Assembly (NCBI RefSeq): GCF_009914755.1
Contig: NC_060934.1
Strand: one strand, 5' to 3'
Source: the human T2T-CHM13v2.0 reference genome, Homo sapiens
Length of the DNA: 64,000 nt
A model generated the notes under the pieces. That model ran no database searches and was not told the origin of the DNA. It was given only the letters and a program-made list of their open reading frames with translations. Positions 43,960 to 58,911 of the stretch are shown piece after piece; the stretch's first letter is position 1; the number at the start of each line of letters is the position of its first letter. The position numbers were made by a program, and so were the translations under genes.

Positions 43960-44507
43960 CCTGTTGCAGTTACCATTTGCTGCCTAACAAGCTACCCCAG
44001 AAGTTAGTGGTCTAGGCCACTGTTACATTTTGCTCACAATTTTTTGGGTCAGTAATTCAGGAAGGGCTCTTCTGGGCAGTTTGTCTCTGATGGCCTGAGT
44101 CGAACTGATAGGGTGGAACTAGATAATCACATCCAAGATGACTTCTTCTCTTGATACTCTTTGGTCTCTCTGTCTTACTAGAGATGGTGTCTCATCCTCC
44201 AGAGTACTCCATGTGGCTTGGGCTTTACATAACATGGTAGCCACAGGGTGGTAAGCCATTGTACACAGGGCTGGCTTCTACTAGAAAGTGTCCCCCGATC
44301 CTCAGGAAAAATAGCAACAGTTACTTTGATTTAGCCTCAGATGTTGCATAATACCATACCTGATTCCTGCTAATGGCCAAGCAAATAACAAAGTCTAGAC
44401 TAGACTTTCAATGAGAAAACAAAGTCTAGACTAGACTTTCAATGGGAAAATACATCAAATGTAGAGAAGGTTGTAGGGTGACCTTTTTGGAGACAAACTA
44501 CCACACA
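43960..44507 (-). mobile_element. Old MLT1 MaLR LTR
   Basis: 'ttgctgcctaacaagctacccc...ttagtggt...ttttgctcacaat...gggtcag..attcaggaagggctc...ctaccaca'. Confidence 0.7.
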
Positions 44508-44629
44508 AGCATATTTACATTTTTATTGTATAGCTCAATTTAATTTTTTATTTCTTAGGATCTTATACTGATGCTTCCAATGGGCTCATTTTCTATTTAA
44601 AATTTTTAATATATTTTTAAACTTTAAAA

Positions 44630-44960
44630 AGCTGTGGTAAAAAACACATAATAAAAAATTTACCATTTCAACCATTTAAAATGTATAATTTAATGGCATT
44701 AAGTACATTTGTATTGTTGTGCAACCACTGCCACCATCCACCTCTAGAACTATTTTCATCCAAGAAAAACAAAACCGTATTAATTAAAGAATAACACTCC
44801 ATTTACCCCTTCCCCTAGACCATGGTAACCACCCTTCTCCTCTCCATCTCTATAAAAGATCTTTCATTTCTATTCTAGGTACCTCATATCAGTGGAGTCA
44901 TATAGTATTTTTCTTTTCTGTGACTGGCTTGTGTCACTTACCCTAATGTCTTCAAGGTTC
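44630..44960 (-). mobile_element. L1MB 3' end
   Basis: 'tgtggtaaaaaacacata...ttaccatt...gtgcaaccactgccaccatccacctctagaac'. Confidence 0.82.
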
Positions 44961-45169
44961 GTTTCATATTTTAATTTTAAATGAAAGTATTTTTAAAAAG
45001 TCAAAACAATCAACACATCTTAAGACTTTATTACTAATACCATAGAATTATAGTATTAATTTTATAAAATATCATGTATTTCTTTCATAGTATGTACATT
45101 CTCAAATAAAAGTTATAGTTCACTGAGTAACACTTTCTAGTGTTATTTCTAGCTTCTTTTAAATTCACC

Positions 45170-45492
<323 letters not shown>

Positions 45493-45619
45493 TTAAAAAT
45501 ACTGAGTGTAAGGAATTAATTTCAATGGAAGACTCTAAAACGTGTGAAATCACCATTTTCCCCACAAGATGTACTAAGTAGGGCATTTAATAGTCACCCA
45601 CGACACAGTAAAAACTTGG

Positions 45620-48290
45620 ACAAATTCAAGCCTGTAAACTGCAGCCAGCACTCAGGTGGAAGAGGAGCCCACACATTCAGGGCATTAAGAGGGAGCACAG
45701 CTGCAACTGTGAGGAAATATAGAGGAGCCACATGATTAAGAGCCTACCTGCTGACCACTGCACTTAGCGCCACATGCTGGCTGGATTACACCCCAAATCG
45801 TCAACACCAAAGTACTTTGCTAGCATACCCTCCATCAAACCAAAGGCAAGAAGTCAGCTACAAATGAAGACCCTGAGCAAAGCCTCAGCCCTCTGGAAAC
45901 ATGCAGAAAATAATTCTAATGACTGTACTCAATCTACACTGAAGTTAAAGGAACATTTGCACACAGAAATAAGAAAGAACCAGTGAAAGAACTCTGGCAA
46001 CTCAAATGGCCAGAGTGTCTTCTGTTCTCCAAAGGACTGTGCTAGTTCTCCAGCAAGGGTTCTTAATCAGGTGAGATGGCTGAAATGGCACACATAGAAT
46101 TCAGAATATGGGTAGGAACAAATACTATTGAGATTCAGGAGGACATTGAAACCCAATCCAAAGAAGCTAAGAATAACAATTATGCAGGAGCTGACGGATG
46201 AAATATCCAGTATAAAAAAATAACGTAATTCACCTAATGGAGCTAAAAAACACACTACAAGAATTTTACAATGTAATAGCAAGTATTAGCACCAGAATAG
46301 AACAAATTCAGGAAAGAATCAAGAGCTTGAAGACTGGATTACTGAAAAAACATAGACAAAAATAAAGAAAAAAGAATAAAAAGGAATGAAAAAATTCTCT
46401 CAGAAATATGGGATTATGTTAAGAGGCCAAATCTATGAATCACTGGTATCCTTGAAAGAGACAGGGAGAAAGCAAGCAACTTGAAAAATTGCTTTCAGGA
46501 TATTGTTAATAAAAACTTTGCCAACCTCACTAAAGAGGCCAACATTCAAATTCAGGAAATGAAGAGAACCCCTGCAAGATATTACACATGAAGATTATCC
46601 ACAAGACACATAATCATCACTTTTTTTTTTTTTTGTAAGACAGAGTCTTGCTTTGTCACCCAGGTTGGAGTGAAGTGGCATAATCTCAGCTCACTGCAAC
46701 CTCCGTCTCCCAGGTTCAAGCAATTCTCCCGCCTCAGCCTCATTAGCAGCTTGGATTACAAGTGTCTACCACCACACCCAGCTAATTTTTCTATTTTTAG
46801 TAGAGATGGGGTGTTGCCATGTTGGCCAGGCTGGTTTCAAACTCCTGATCTCAAGTGATCTGCCTGCCTCGGCCTCCCAGAGTGCCGGGATTACAGGTAT
46901 GAGCCACCACACCTGGCCATAATAATCACATTTCCCAAGGTCAAAATGAAAGAAAAAAGGTTAAAGATAGCTAAAAAGGAAGGACAGGTCACCTACAAAG
47001 GGAACCTCATCAGACTAATAGTGAATCTTTCAGCAGTGAATCTTTTACCTTCCAAGCCAGAAAAATTGGGGGCCTATATTCAACATTCTAAAAAAAAAAA
47101 AAAAGAAAACCTACAACCAAGAATTTCACATACAGGCAAACTAAACTTCATAAATGAAGGAGAAATAACATCCTTTTCAGACAAGCAAATGCTGAGATAA
47201 TTCATTATCAGCAAACCTGCCTTAAAAGAGCTTCTGAAGACCATCACCAGCCACTACAAAAACACACCTAAGTACACAGACCAGTGACACTGTAAGCAAC
47301 CAGACAAACAAATCTGCATGACAACCAGCTAATGACATGATGACAGGATTAAATCCATGCATTGTCATGTTAACCTTGAATGTAAATAGGCAAAATGCCC
47401 CAATTAAAAGGCACAGAGTGGCAAGCTATATAAAAAAGCAAGACCAAGTGGTTGGCTGTCTTCAAGAGACCCATCTCACACTCAGTGACACCCGTAGGCT
47501 CAAAATAAAGGGAAGGAGAAAAACCTACCAAGCAAATGGAAATCAGTAAAAAGCAGAGATTGCAAACCTCATTTCAGACAAAATAGACTTTAAACCAATA
47601 AAGATCAAGAAAGACAATGACTGTGGATATGGTAAAGGATTCAATTCAACAAGAAGACCTAACTATCCTAAATATATAGGCACCCAACACAGGAGTACCC
47701 ATATTCATAAAGCCAGTTTCTAGAGACCTATGAAGAGACTTAGACTCCCAAACAATAATAGTGGAAGACTTCAACACCCCACTGACAGTATTAGACAGAT
47801 AATTGAGGCAGAAAATTAACAAAGATATTCAGGACCTGAACTCAACACTTGGCCAATGGACCTAATAGACATCTGCAGAACACCCTACCCCCAAACCACA
47901 GAATATACATTCTTATTGCCAGATGGCACATACTTTAAAATTGACCACACAGTTGTACATAAAACAATCCTCAGCAAATTCCAAAAAAACAAAATTATAC
48001 CAACCATCACAGCACAATAAAAATAGAAATCTATACCAAGAAGATCTCTCAAAACAACACATTTACACAGAAATTAAACAGCCTGCTTCTGAATGACTTT
48101 TGGGTAAATAATGACACTAAAGTAGAAATCAAGACATTTTTTGAAACTAATGAGAACAGGCATACAACATATCAGAATCTCTGGGACACAGCTAAGACAC
48201 TGTTAAGAGGGAAATTTATAGCACCAAATGCCCACATCAAAAAGTTGGAAAGATCTCAAGTTAACAACCTCAAATAATCTCAAATTAACC
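45620..48290 (+). mobile_element. L1 5' portion (ORF1 and ORF2 endonuclease domain), 3' end missing, interrupted by an Alu
   Basis: ORF1 peptides (GQVTYKGNLIRL, QPRIS...EGEITSFSDKQMLR) and ORF2 N-terminus MTGLN...LTLNVN...IKRHRVAS...CLQETHL. Confidence 0.9.
46621..46918 (-). mobile_element. AluSx-type inserted in L1 ORF1
   Basis: TSD ataatcatcac (46610-46620) and ataataatcac (46919-46929). Confidence 0.92.
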
Positions 48291-50029
48291 ATTGCAGTTA
48301 TTGATTGGTGGGACATCTGCATAAAAGTGTGAAAGGCCATGGAAAGGGATGACTAAGGCCAATACAGAGTGAGAAATATAAGCAAGCAAATATATGTGAA
48401 TATTTTTAAGTTAATAGGGTCAGCCTGGCTGTGTGGCTGCAAATTAGAAGAAAGGAATTAGAAGAGAATGTGAAATTGAAGGACGTGGAAAAATGTGTAA
48501 CTTTGCAGAAAATGAAGCTGTGGAAAGTCAATAGCAGTGTTTTCATAAGGAGTTGAGATCATAAACAGAGATTAGCCTTAAGAAAGAGAAAAGTGGCATA
48601 TTTTGAGATTGAGAGAATGAAATGTAAGAGAATTTATCCTGATTGGATAAATATCTTTAGCATCAAAAATAAAGTCATATATTAAGCAAAGCGGGACAGG
48701 AGGTACAAGGATGATCACAGAGAATAGAAAAGGATGCGGAATAAATATTGTAGGGCTGTATATCAGGGAGTCACTTACATAGAAAACTAGTAAAGAATGT
48801 GCAGGTGACATCATTCTAAAGAACACATGATGACTGTCTTTTATGTCCATTGCAAGATTCTGAATTTTTACAGATGTGTTGGCTAAACACCAGCAGAACG
48901 GAATGTCTCATTTTTTATCCATATCACATAATAAAAACCTATTCTATATTATATAACACTGGCATGACAAACACAAAAAAGGCACACAGAGCCCATAAAT
49001 AAGCATACAAGAAGCAATAGATTATATATAGTCATATAGAATGAACGAAAGGAATGTACATGAATACAAGTGGTTGTAATTTGTAGGGATAAGATACAAT
49101 AATGCTTGAGAAGTAAAATGCTAATATTTTATTTAAATAATCTCAGGGATCCAGAAAGTTTTGTGTGGAAATATTAAAGCTTTGCTTGCTATATATTTAG
49201 TATCTATTCTTACAGCAAGGCTTTTTTCTGATTACATTTCTATATGCTAACATTGGTTGTATGTTAAGGAAAAGTTGTGAACGAGAAGGAAGTTTAAAAA
49301 TAACACAAACTTTCTTTCTAAAAAGAAAGGAAAAGTCAATGACAATCTCAATTGATTCATACCAATTAAATCACCCAGTCATTCATTCTGTCTGTACAAC
49401 GCAGTCTGGTTTTACAGTGAGTGCTTCAAAAGTAATAACTGATGTACAAAAAAAAGAAAAATGAAAGCCTAGATCAGGGTATCATGATGGCACTTTTCAC
49501 AGGTGACTAGAAATAGATACAGTTATTATCTATTAATTTTTCTCACTGTGAATAATTTAATTTTTAATGAGTTATCAATCAACACTTTTAGAAGAGAATT
49601 TCTTTCTTTAATTTAGTGACTAGCTCTGATATTTGATGCTGCAGTGATTGGTATGGTGTCCAAGATAATTTGTGTCCTATACAGTTTACTACTTCTCCCA
49701 AAGTGCCTTTTCTTTAGTAAATGACTTTGCGTCGCTAATAGGCTATGCTATTCAAACATCAGAATAAGGGACGGAAGTGAATTAAACATCCAGACAACTG
49801 AAGCTGTTTATTTATTTGACCTGAATAATCTTGTATTAGCATAATGTTATGTTTATTGTTCATGTGTAGACACAGTTTTAACTATCATCTATAAATATTA
49901 TTCGTCAATGCATATAACTCCTTAATGAATAAGTGACAACATTCATACACTGCTTCTAGATCCTTCAATTAAAATATTAACAATGAGTACAAATGTCTTG
50001 ATGCTGTAAGTGTATTTATAAAGAATTAG

Positions 50030-50539
<510 letters not shown>

Positions 50540-50957
50540 TAAGGGTGCCATTAAATTCCCTAATTGGAGGAGGGTAGGTGGGTGGCATTCAGATTAATGA
50601 TTGCAATATGCAAAGATATACAACTGGCAATGCTAAAAGTTATCCTGTTGTGACAATGGCCAGTCACAACAATGAAATGGCTGACCACCAATTTCCTTCC
50701 CATCATTTTGAAGTACAGGAGCCAAAGTGTAAAATGGTAAGTGGTGATGGAATGAGTGAGTATCAGCATAATCTTCACAAGTGTTGCTTTCTGCCCTGTG
50801 ATTTCAGATTATGCAATCTTTAATGGCTTTACAGTTAATAGACTCAAAGTAGGAGTAAGCTTGTAATCTTATTTACTCTTACAAAAAAGTCCTACTGACT
50901 CAGAATTTATCTTAGAAATCTAGCTTTTATTAGGGATAAAAAAATATCTAAGATATT

Positions 50958-51318
50958 TGTGATGCTAATTTTATGTGTCAAATTGGAGATGTTTTGGATG
51001 AGATCAACATTTAAATTGATGAACTTTGAGTAAAGTGGATTGCCCTTCATAATGTGGCCTCCTCCAATCAACTGAAGGCCTGAATAGAAAAAAAAAAAAA
51101 AAAACCAGCCTATGCAGCAAGAAGGATCCCCAAGGGAATGTCTTCAGATTTCATCTGCACCATGGGCTTTTATGGTTCTCCAGCCTGACAGTCCACCCTG
51201 CAGATATTGGACTTGGCAGCCTTCATAATGTCATGAGCCAATTCCTTATAATAAATCTCCTTCTGTATATACACACATCCTGTTGATTCTGTTTCTCAGG
51301 AGAACCCTAACCAATACA
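50958..51318 (+). mobile_element. MLT2 (ERVL) LTR in sense orientation
   Basis: 'tgtgatgctaattttatgtgtcaa...gagtaaag..gattgccct...tgagccaattccttataataaatctc...agaaccctaaccaataca'; AATAAA at 51250-51255. Confidence 0.85.
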
Positions 51319-51534
51319 ATATTCTTCAAAACAGTTGAAGCATATGCACAGTAAAAAAGAACGAGATTACATGGAATTTAAGTAACTTTCAAAAGATTGT
51401 CCTAGCCATTATATGACTAGTGAAAAGAGCACATTAATTTTATTATTTATATATTCCAGGCAGATTGAATGTATCATGCTATTCAATTACAGTATGGACA
51501 TTCATTCTTGTTTTAAAGATTTTTCCCTAATTCC

Positions 51535-51845
51535 TTCTATATGGTGAATCACATGTACTGATTTGCGTATGTCGAACCAACCTTGCATCTTAGGAATGAA
51601 CCCTACTGGATTGTGGTGAATTAACTCTTTGATATGATGGTGGATTTGGTTTTCAAGTATTTTGTTGAGGATTTTTGTGTCTGTGTTTATCAGGGATATT
51701 GGCCTGTAGTTTACTTTTTTCACTGTGGCTTTGCCAGATTTTAGTATCAGGGTAATGCTGGCTTCATAGAATGAGTTAGGGAAGAGTCCCTCCTCCTTGA
51801 ATTTTTGGAATTGTCACCAGCTCTTCTTTTTATGTCTGGTAGAAT
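51535..51845 (-). mobile_element. L1 ORF2 (reverse transcriptase) fragment
   Basis: Peptide [23 protein letters not shown]...[10 protein letters not shown]. Confidence 0.9.
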
Positions 51846-52849
51846 TAACCTTTAAATTGAATATTCTAACTCCTTTTGACTTGCCACGTTGTAGCTCCCT
51901 TTCACAAGCTTTTGTTTCCCTTAAAAACATGAAGTTAGTGTATACTATAAGATGAACAGGACAGAGAATCAAGAAACTAAGGTCAGTAATTAGAAGGATT
52001 TAGTGTATAACAAAGGTAGATATTTAAAATAGTGGGCAAAAGATGGACTATACAGTATGGTGCTGGCATATCTGGTTATCCACCTGGAAGGACTTAAAAT
52101 TAAATCCAAGTTTTATATCATATACAGCAATACAATCTAGATAAAGACTTAAATGTAACAAATAAAAATAAGAAAATCTTTGCAAGAAAACAGAGAGTAA
52201 ACTGTGTGTAATTTAGAGCAGAATATTTTAAAACCTCCTAAACCCAATTTACAAAGCATTTTGGCCTCTTTGACATAGAAGTCAACTTTTAAAACCTGAA
52301 GTCAGCTTCTAAACCCAATTTAGAAAGCATTTTGGCCTCTTGGACATAGAAGGGCCAACACATAATGACTTATATGAGGATATTTATGTCAGCATTGCTT
52401 TTAGCAGAAATAATGGGAAATAAATGAATGCCTATTATGTGATCATTTATATGTTCCTTCCTTCATTCACTTAACTATTTCTCAAATGCCAGGCACTTGG
52501 CCAGGTCCTGTGGATGCATCAGTGAATGAAACAGGCATAAATCCCTGTCACGGTGGAGCTTACATTACAGAAGGAGGGAAAAGATAATGGGTAAACATAA
52601 TAAATAAATAAATTAGATGGCTTATTAGAAGTTAAGGGGACAAAAAGAAAGGAATGGAGTACATAGGAGTGTGACAGCCAGTAGATAGGTATGTGCCTTG
52701 GAGTTGGGAGGATGGCCTGTAAATAGGCTGGTCAAATTAGACCCTGCACAGAAATGCCATTCAACAAGAGACCTGAAGGAGCTGTGAGGAAGTGACCTGT
52801 GGTTACCTAAGGAAAGAATGTTCCAGAGCTAGATCAGCCTGTTTTTGGA

Positions 52850-53033
52850 AGGTGTCTCAACCTGGTTGCTAATGACATTTGGGTCAGTCTAATTAATTAG
52901 GGGTTTGACCTGTGCATTTGTAAGATGTTTAGCAGCACTTGAGGCCTCTGCCAACTAGATGTCGGAAGCACTCCTCTTTCTAATTATAATAAAGCCAAAA
53001 TATCTTTAGAAATTGCCCCTGTTGAGAACCCAG
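52850..53033. mobile_element. MER20 hAT MITE
   Basis: 'tctcaacct...tgacatttggg...gatgtttagcagca..ggcctctgccaactagatg...gttgagaacc'. Confidence 0.75.
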
Positions 53034-53375
53034 AGAAACAGCCTGGAAGCCAAGGTAACTTGTAAAATCCACAATGTGCAATATTATGCAGTCACTAAAA
53101 AGAGTTTAGTCATGTATAGTTGATTTGAAAGGATTTCCAAATGACAGTGTTGAAGGAGTAAAGCAATATGCAAAATGTTAAGATAGTGTGATCTAGTTTT
53201 TCTAAAGCAGACAACAACTAGTACCCCCTTATTGTGCATATGTATAAATCTGTACATAGATATTTCTATGAATGACTGTGAGCATGGAGGATAGGATAAA
53301 AGGATACATACTTGTTTATTAACATAGATTACTTGAATGGGTGACAGGGTTAAAGTAGAGGAGGAAATAAACTCA

Positions 53376-53697
<322 letters not shown>

Positions 53698-56198
53698 GCA
53701 AGTAACAGGAACTGTACCTGAAAAGAAAATCCAGTATACATGGTGGTAGCACATTTGTGTGTTTGTGAAAAGCGTGGTGAATATATTAAGGTTTGCCACT
53801 TGAAAGGTCTGAACTGTTCTTGTCCTTTTAATATTTACTTTTTCTTCAATATTTCCATTTATCAATTTTACATTACTAAATAATAAACTTTTCTAAAATT
53901 TTTAAAATATAAATAAGCAGAAAAAACTTTTCTAGTAACCTCAGAGTAATGTTAAAGCCATCGATAAGCCTTATGTATGTTCATACTCCCATTCTTTCTT
54001 AATGTTATGCATTTTCAGAGAGAAATAGGTTTCTATTTGATTCTGTAATTCTAAAAATGTAGTGTAAATAAGTTTATATGTAGTGAAGTATCTTGCACAG
54101 CATAGTTTTATAGTATTTTACTTTTTGAAAATATCAAAATTTATAAAATCTTATTATAAACATATTATTTTCTCCATTATGATAAATATCACAACAACAA
54201 ATTGACATTTAGATGGAACTTTTTTACTTCTATAATTCCCAAAGATGAATATATGGGATTTTTTGAGAAAATATGAGAAACAAGCCAGTTTTCATTTATT
54301 CTGCTAAGATCTGGACAATAACGTGTGGACACAAATGCCTGTGAGCTCGTTAGATATTATCTGCCATAATCTTCCCTTATCCTAGGACGGTATTTGAAAA
54401 CTACAGAGCATGTCTTCTGCTATAATAATACTAATGATACAAAAACTGCAGGCTCAGTTGAGAACAAGATTAAAGTATAGTCAATAGATATGAGAAAGTT
54501 TACATCTGTTGTTCAGAAAGAAAACACGAGTGTTCAATTGATACCTTTTAATGGAAACATTAAAGATTATTAATAAGAGTATTAATTTTTCTTTTTTGAA
54601 CTTTTAGAGCTTGTGTATGTTCATCAAAGATCACATGAAAAGTTTTGAATCTGGTTATTTATGTAATGTTATATACAAGCAATGTTGTCTGCAGATTTAA
54701 AAAAAAGCAGTAATTCTGACAGAATACTTTATTATCCTCCTTGTTAATCACTACTTGAGACAGTATATTTTACAGAGTGCTCTCTTCAAAGCAGCCTGAT
54801 TATATCATTCTTGATACACTAATACGGCTGAGTGAGACTATTTAGGCATCTCTGAAATAATGGGATGCTGAATAAATTGTAAGGACATTAATTAATTTTG
54901 ACCCTCTGGGAAAAACAAAATTCTTTATGAGAAGGCCAACAAATTCAGTGAGCCTATGGTCTATTTCTAAGCATCACAGCAGAGCTGTTAATTAAAATTG
55001 TATTTATGGACCTTTGCACTTATTGTTATCAAGATGAAGAATTAGATACATAAGAGGGCCATTTTCACTGCCCATCACAGGGCTATTTATGAGCCTTTTT
55101 GGAGACATTGACGAAGTTGGGGAGAGAAACAACAAACATCAGTCGACTCTCTGGTCTACACATGAATACTGTTTAGACTTAATGTATACAAGATTGAATG
55201 GCAAGGGTGACATTTATGTAGCTTGAATTAATGAAGGCATAAGGCACAAAGCTGCTGCTGTCTCTCTTTTTCCCTTCCTTCATAACTTTATGTTCTTTTA
55301 AATGATATAATCGGCCATCTCCACAATTAGACTATCAACTCCAGTAAGACAACTGTCACATCTTTTGCTATTGTTACGTCTCCTCTAGCATTTAAATAAG
55401 TTTGAATTGCACCTGATAAATACTTCTGTAGGTTACTTGGAACTATCCCCTACTATATTTATTGACAGTGAAGTATTTTGGATTACTTAATGCATTAAGC
55501 ATTTCCTGAGTGCTTACTAAATACCATTCATTGTGCTGGGAACAGAATATGAATTAACTAAATGTTTGGTAAATAACTATGGAATCAAATATGCTGACTG
55601 ACAACAGCATACAAGCTTACTATCATGCATTTCTATACTCACCACTCAAGGTCAGAAAACACCCCCAAATAATCTTAGCAAGCTAATGCTCTCCTATGTA
55701 TAATAGCAATTTAAGACATATAGTATTCAATAAATACAACTCAATTTGATATTTGGTTGATAGTGTCCTGCAGGTTATGCAGATGATAACTGTACTTCCT
55801 ATGGGCAGACAGGATGGATATTATTCTGATATCAGAGATGAGGAACACAGATATTATGGTTTTTCTCAACCCGTAAAATGAGTAGCAAAGCCGGAGTGGA
55901 AACCCTGGCATATGGATCCGAATCCAAGCCCTTTTCCAGGACATCACTGTAGTGTGTTCTTTCCTTATAAACAGCTCTGCCTGGATCCCCTTAACCTTCG
56001 TATTCAGGGCCACTAAACCTCAATTTCACTCTTGATTTGTATCACCCTGGTCTCTGATAGAGTAGAGAGAGACTCCCCTACTTCTACTAATTCATTTGCT
56101 TGAGAAGGTTGGACAGGGATATGGGGTTAGATATAGAAAAGCCAGCACTCCCTCACATGATTCCCAGACCATTATTCCTGGACCCACTTTGATCTTAC

Positions 56199-56280
56199 TC
56201 ATATGCACTCAAACATACACATACACTTAAAGACATACTTGCACACACACTCATACACAGACACACACACACATATACAA
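56199..56280. repeat. Imperfect (CA)/(CATA) microsatellite
   Basis: Direct reading. Confidence 0.8.
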
Positions 56281-56306
56281 AAACATATAATGACTATATT
56301 GTAACA

Positions 56307-56625
<319 letters not shown>

Positions 56626-56681
56626 TGTAACACATTTTTTAAAGATTAAACTGTTTGACAAGAAATTTTTGAGGCATTCCA

Positions 56682-56790
56682 AGAAAAAGAAGGAGAAGAT
56701 GAGGGAGGAGCTGGGGCAGAAAAAGAAGGAGAAAGAGGCAGAGGAGGAGGAAGAGGGAGAGGTAGAGTAGGAGGAAGAGGAAAAAGGCAA
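56682..56790 (+). repeat. Purine-rich (GA) low-complexity tract
   Basis: Direct reading. Confidence 0.85.
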
Positions 56791-56892
56791 ATGGGATCAG
56801 AAATCCTAAGTTAAGGAAAAATAGTTCACTATAGGTCTTCCCAAAGAAGCTACACATATATACAGATATCCTAAGATCCAAGTAAAAAGTAC

Positions 56893-57272
56893 TGGTAAGG
56901 ACTGAATTGTGCCCCCTTCCTCCAGAATTCCTAGGTTGAAGTGCTAATCCTAGTGTGACTATTTGGAGATACGGTCTTTAAGTAGGTGATTAATGTTAAA
57001 TGGGGTCATAAGAGTCTTAGTTCAATAGGACTGTTGTCCTCATAAAATGAAGGAGAAACACCAGGAATCTTCAAGTACAGAGGAAAGGCCACGTAAGGAC
57101 ACAGAGAGAAGACAGTCATTGCAAGCCAAGGAAAGAGGCCTCAGGAGAAATCAGATCTCCTGGCACCTTGGTCTTGGACTTCCAGCCTTCAGAACTGTGA
57201 AGAAATAAATTTCTGTCGTTTAAGTCATTCAGCCTCTGGTATTTTGTTGTGGCAGTGCTAGCAGACTAATAC
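56893..57272 (+). mobile_element. MLT1B-type MaLR LTR
   Basis: 'actgaattgtgcccc...tgtgactatttggagat...gcaagccaaggaaagaggcctcaggagaaa...gcagactaataca'. Confidence 0.85.
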
Positions 57273-57549
57273 AAATTCTAAGAAAGGTTGTGAAGAACTC
57301 TTCAGGGGAACTCACTCAGACCACTTGGAGGAATAGGGAAATTGGCCCTGCTTCTCACATTTCAACCAATGATCACTGCTTCCAAACACAACTGCTCGCA
57401 TAAATGGCTTTCTCTCTCAGGATAAAGTCAGGGAAGGGCAGTCTAAAGAAATTTGGACATCTGCCTGGGGAAAGATAATCATGAGATAATTACAGCCTGA
57501 AAATGAGTCAGTGTCATAGTTGGGGTTACACAGGATCATCACAATAGGG

Positions 57550-57725
57550 AGTGGTTTTGAACCTTGGCTGCATATTAGAATCATCTAGGGACTTAATAAA
57601 AGTACTAATAGCTGGGTCCCACCCACAAAGATTCTTATTTAATTGGTCTTTGCTGTAGCCTGGGCATGAAGATTTTTAAGAATTCTGCGTGGGATTCCAG
57701 TGCGTGGTCAAGGATGAGAATGCCT
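57550..57725. mobile_element. MER5-type hAT MITE
   Basis: 'gtggttttgaaccttggctgcatattagaatcatct...gggtcccaccc...attcttatttaattggtct'. Confidence 0.72.
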
Positions 57726-58500
57726 GCCCTATGGGGAAGTGTATTTGCCTGCATGCTCAACCTACATCCAAAGCACCTGCTATTCATCCTCCCAATCACA
57801 GAAGTCTGTTGGGAAAACAGTTCTTTCTGTTGACTATTGAAATTCTTTATTGTGTGCTAAGCAACAGAGGCTTTCATTCATGAGTTTAAATGAATAACCA
57901 AGAATCACCACACATTTGAAGACAACCAATGTCATGAAAGAGAAAGTAGAGGAAAAGAACAGTTATCCCTGGAAGAAACAGAACTCAGCATAATGGACAA
58001 AAATCAGATTTCTCATTGCTCTTTAGAGAACTGTGACTGGGTTTATTATCCAGCTATATGAGCCCAATCTCATTCAAATTCTCATGTACTTAGAATGAAA
58101 GCTATCAATCAGATGCACCTGTAGGAGGCATTGATTTGGAAGTGAGCATCAATTATTCATATCTATTGACACTTGTGTATCATACAAGTGCAACCATTTT
58201 TGTCATGATACTAAAAATATTGTTGAGATATATATATATATTTCCATATACATGTATATATTCTAATTCAAATGTGCATATATAAGTAAATATTTACATA
58301 AAATATATTTTCTATTGGTTAGATATGGTAATAAGTGTGGTTAAATGTAATATGCCAGTAATAAAAAAGAAGTCATTATCTGATAAAAATATATACTGAA
58401 GTATTTAAAGATGGTGCAATTTGATACCAGGCTTGCTTTCAAATAATTCTGTAGTATTGAAAATGTGGGTGGAAATATAGACAAAGCAAGATGGACCATG

Positions 58501-58911
58501 TGTATTAGGCCATCCTTGCATTGCTATAAAGAAATACCTGAGACTGGGTAAGTGATAAAGAAATTTAGTTGACTCACAGTTCTACAGCCTTTACAGGAAG
58601 AATAGTGCCAACATCTGCTTGGCTTCTGGGAAGGCCTCAGGAAGCTTGCTATTATGACAGATGGTGAAGGGGGAGCAGGCACAACGCATGGTGAAAGCAG
58701 GAACAAGAGAGAAAGTGGCAGGGAGAGGAGGTGCCACACACTTTTAACTGACCAGGTCTCCGGAGAACTCACTCTCACAAAGAGAGCACCGAGCCATAAG
58801 GGAGGGATCTTCCGCCATGATCCAGTCACCTCTCACCAGGCCCCAACTCCAGCAACGGGGATTTCAGTTAAGCATGAGATTTAGGCAGGAACCAATATCC
58901 AAACTATATCA
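58501..58911 (-). mobile_element. MST (MaLR) solo LTR with 5-bp TSD
   Basis: tgtattaggcc...aaactatatca, with CCATG at 58496-58500 and 58912-58916. Confidence 0.92.
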
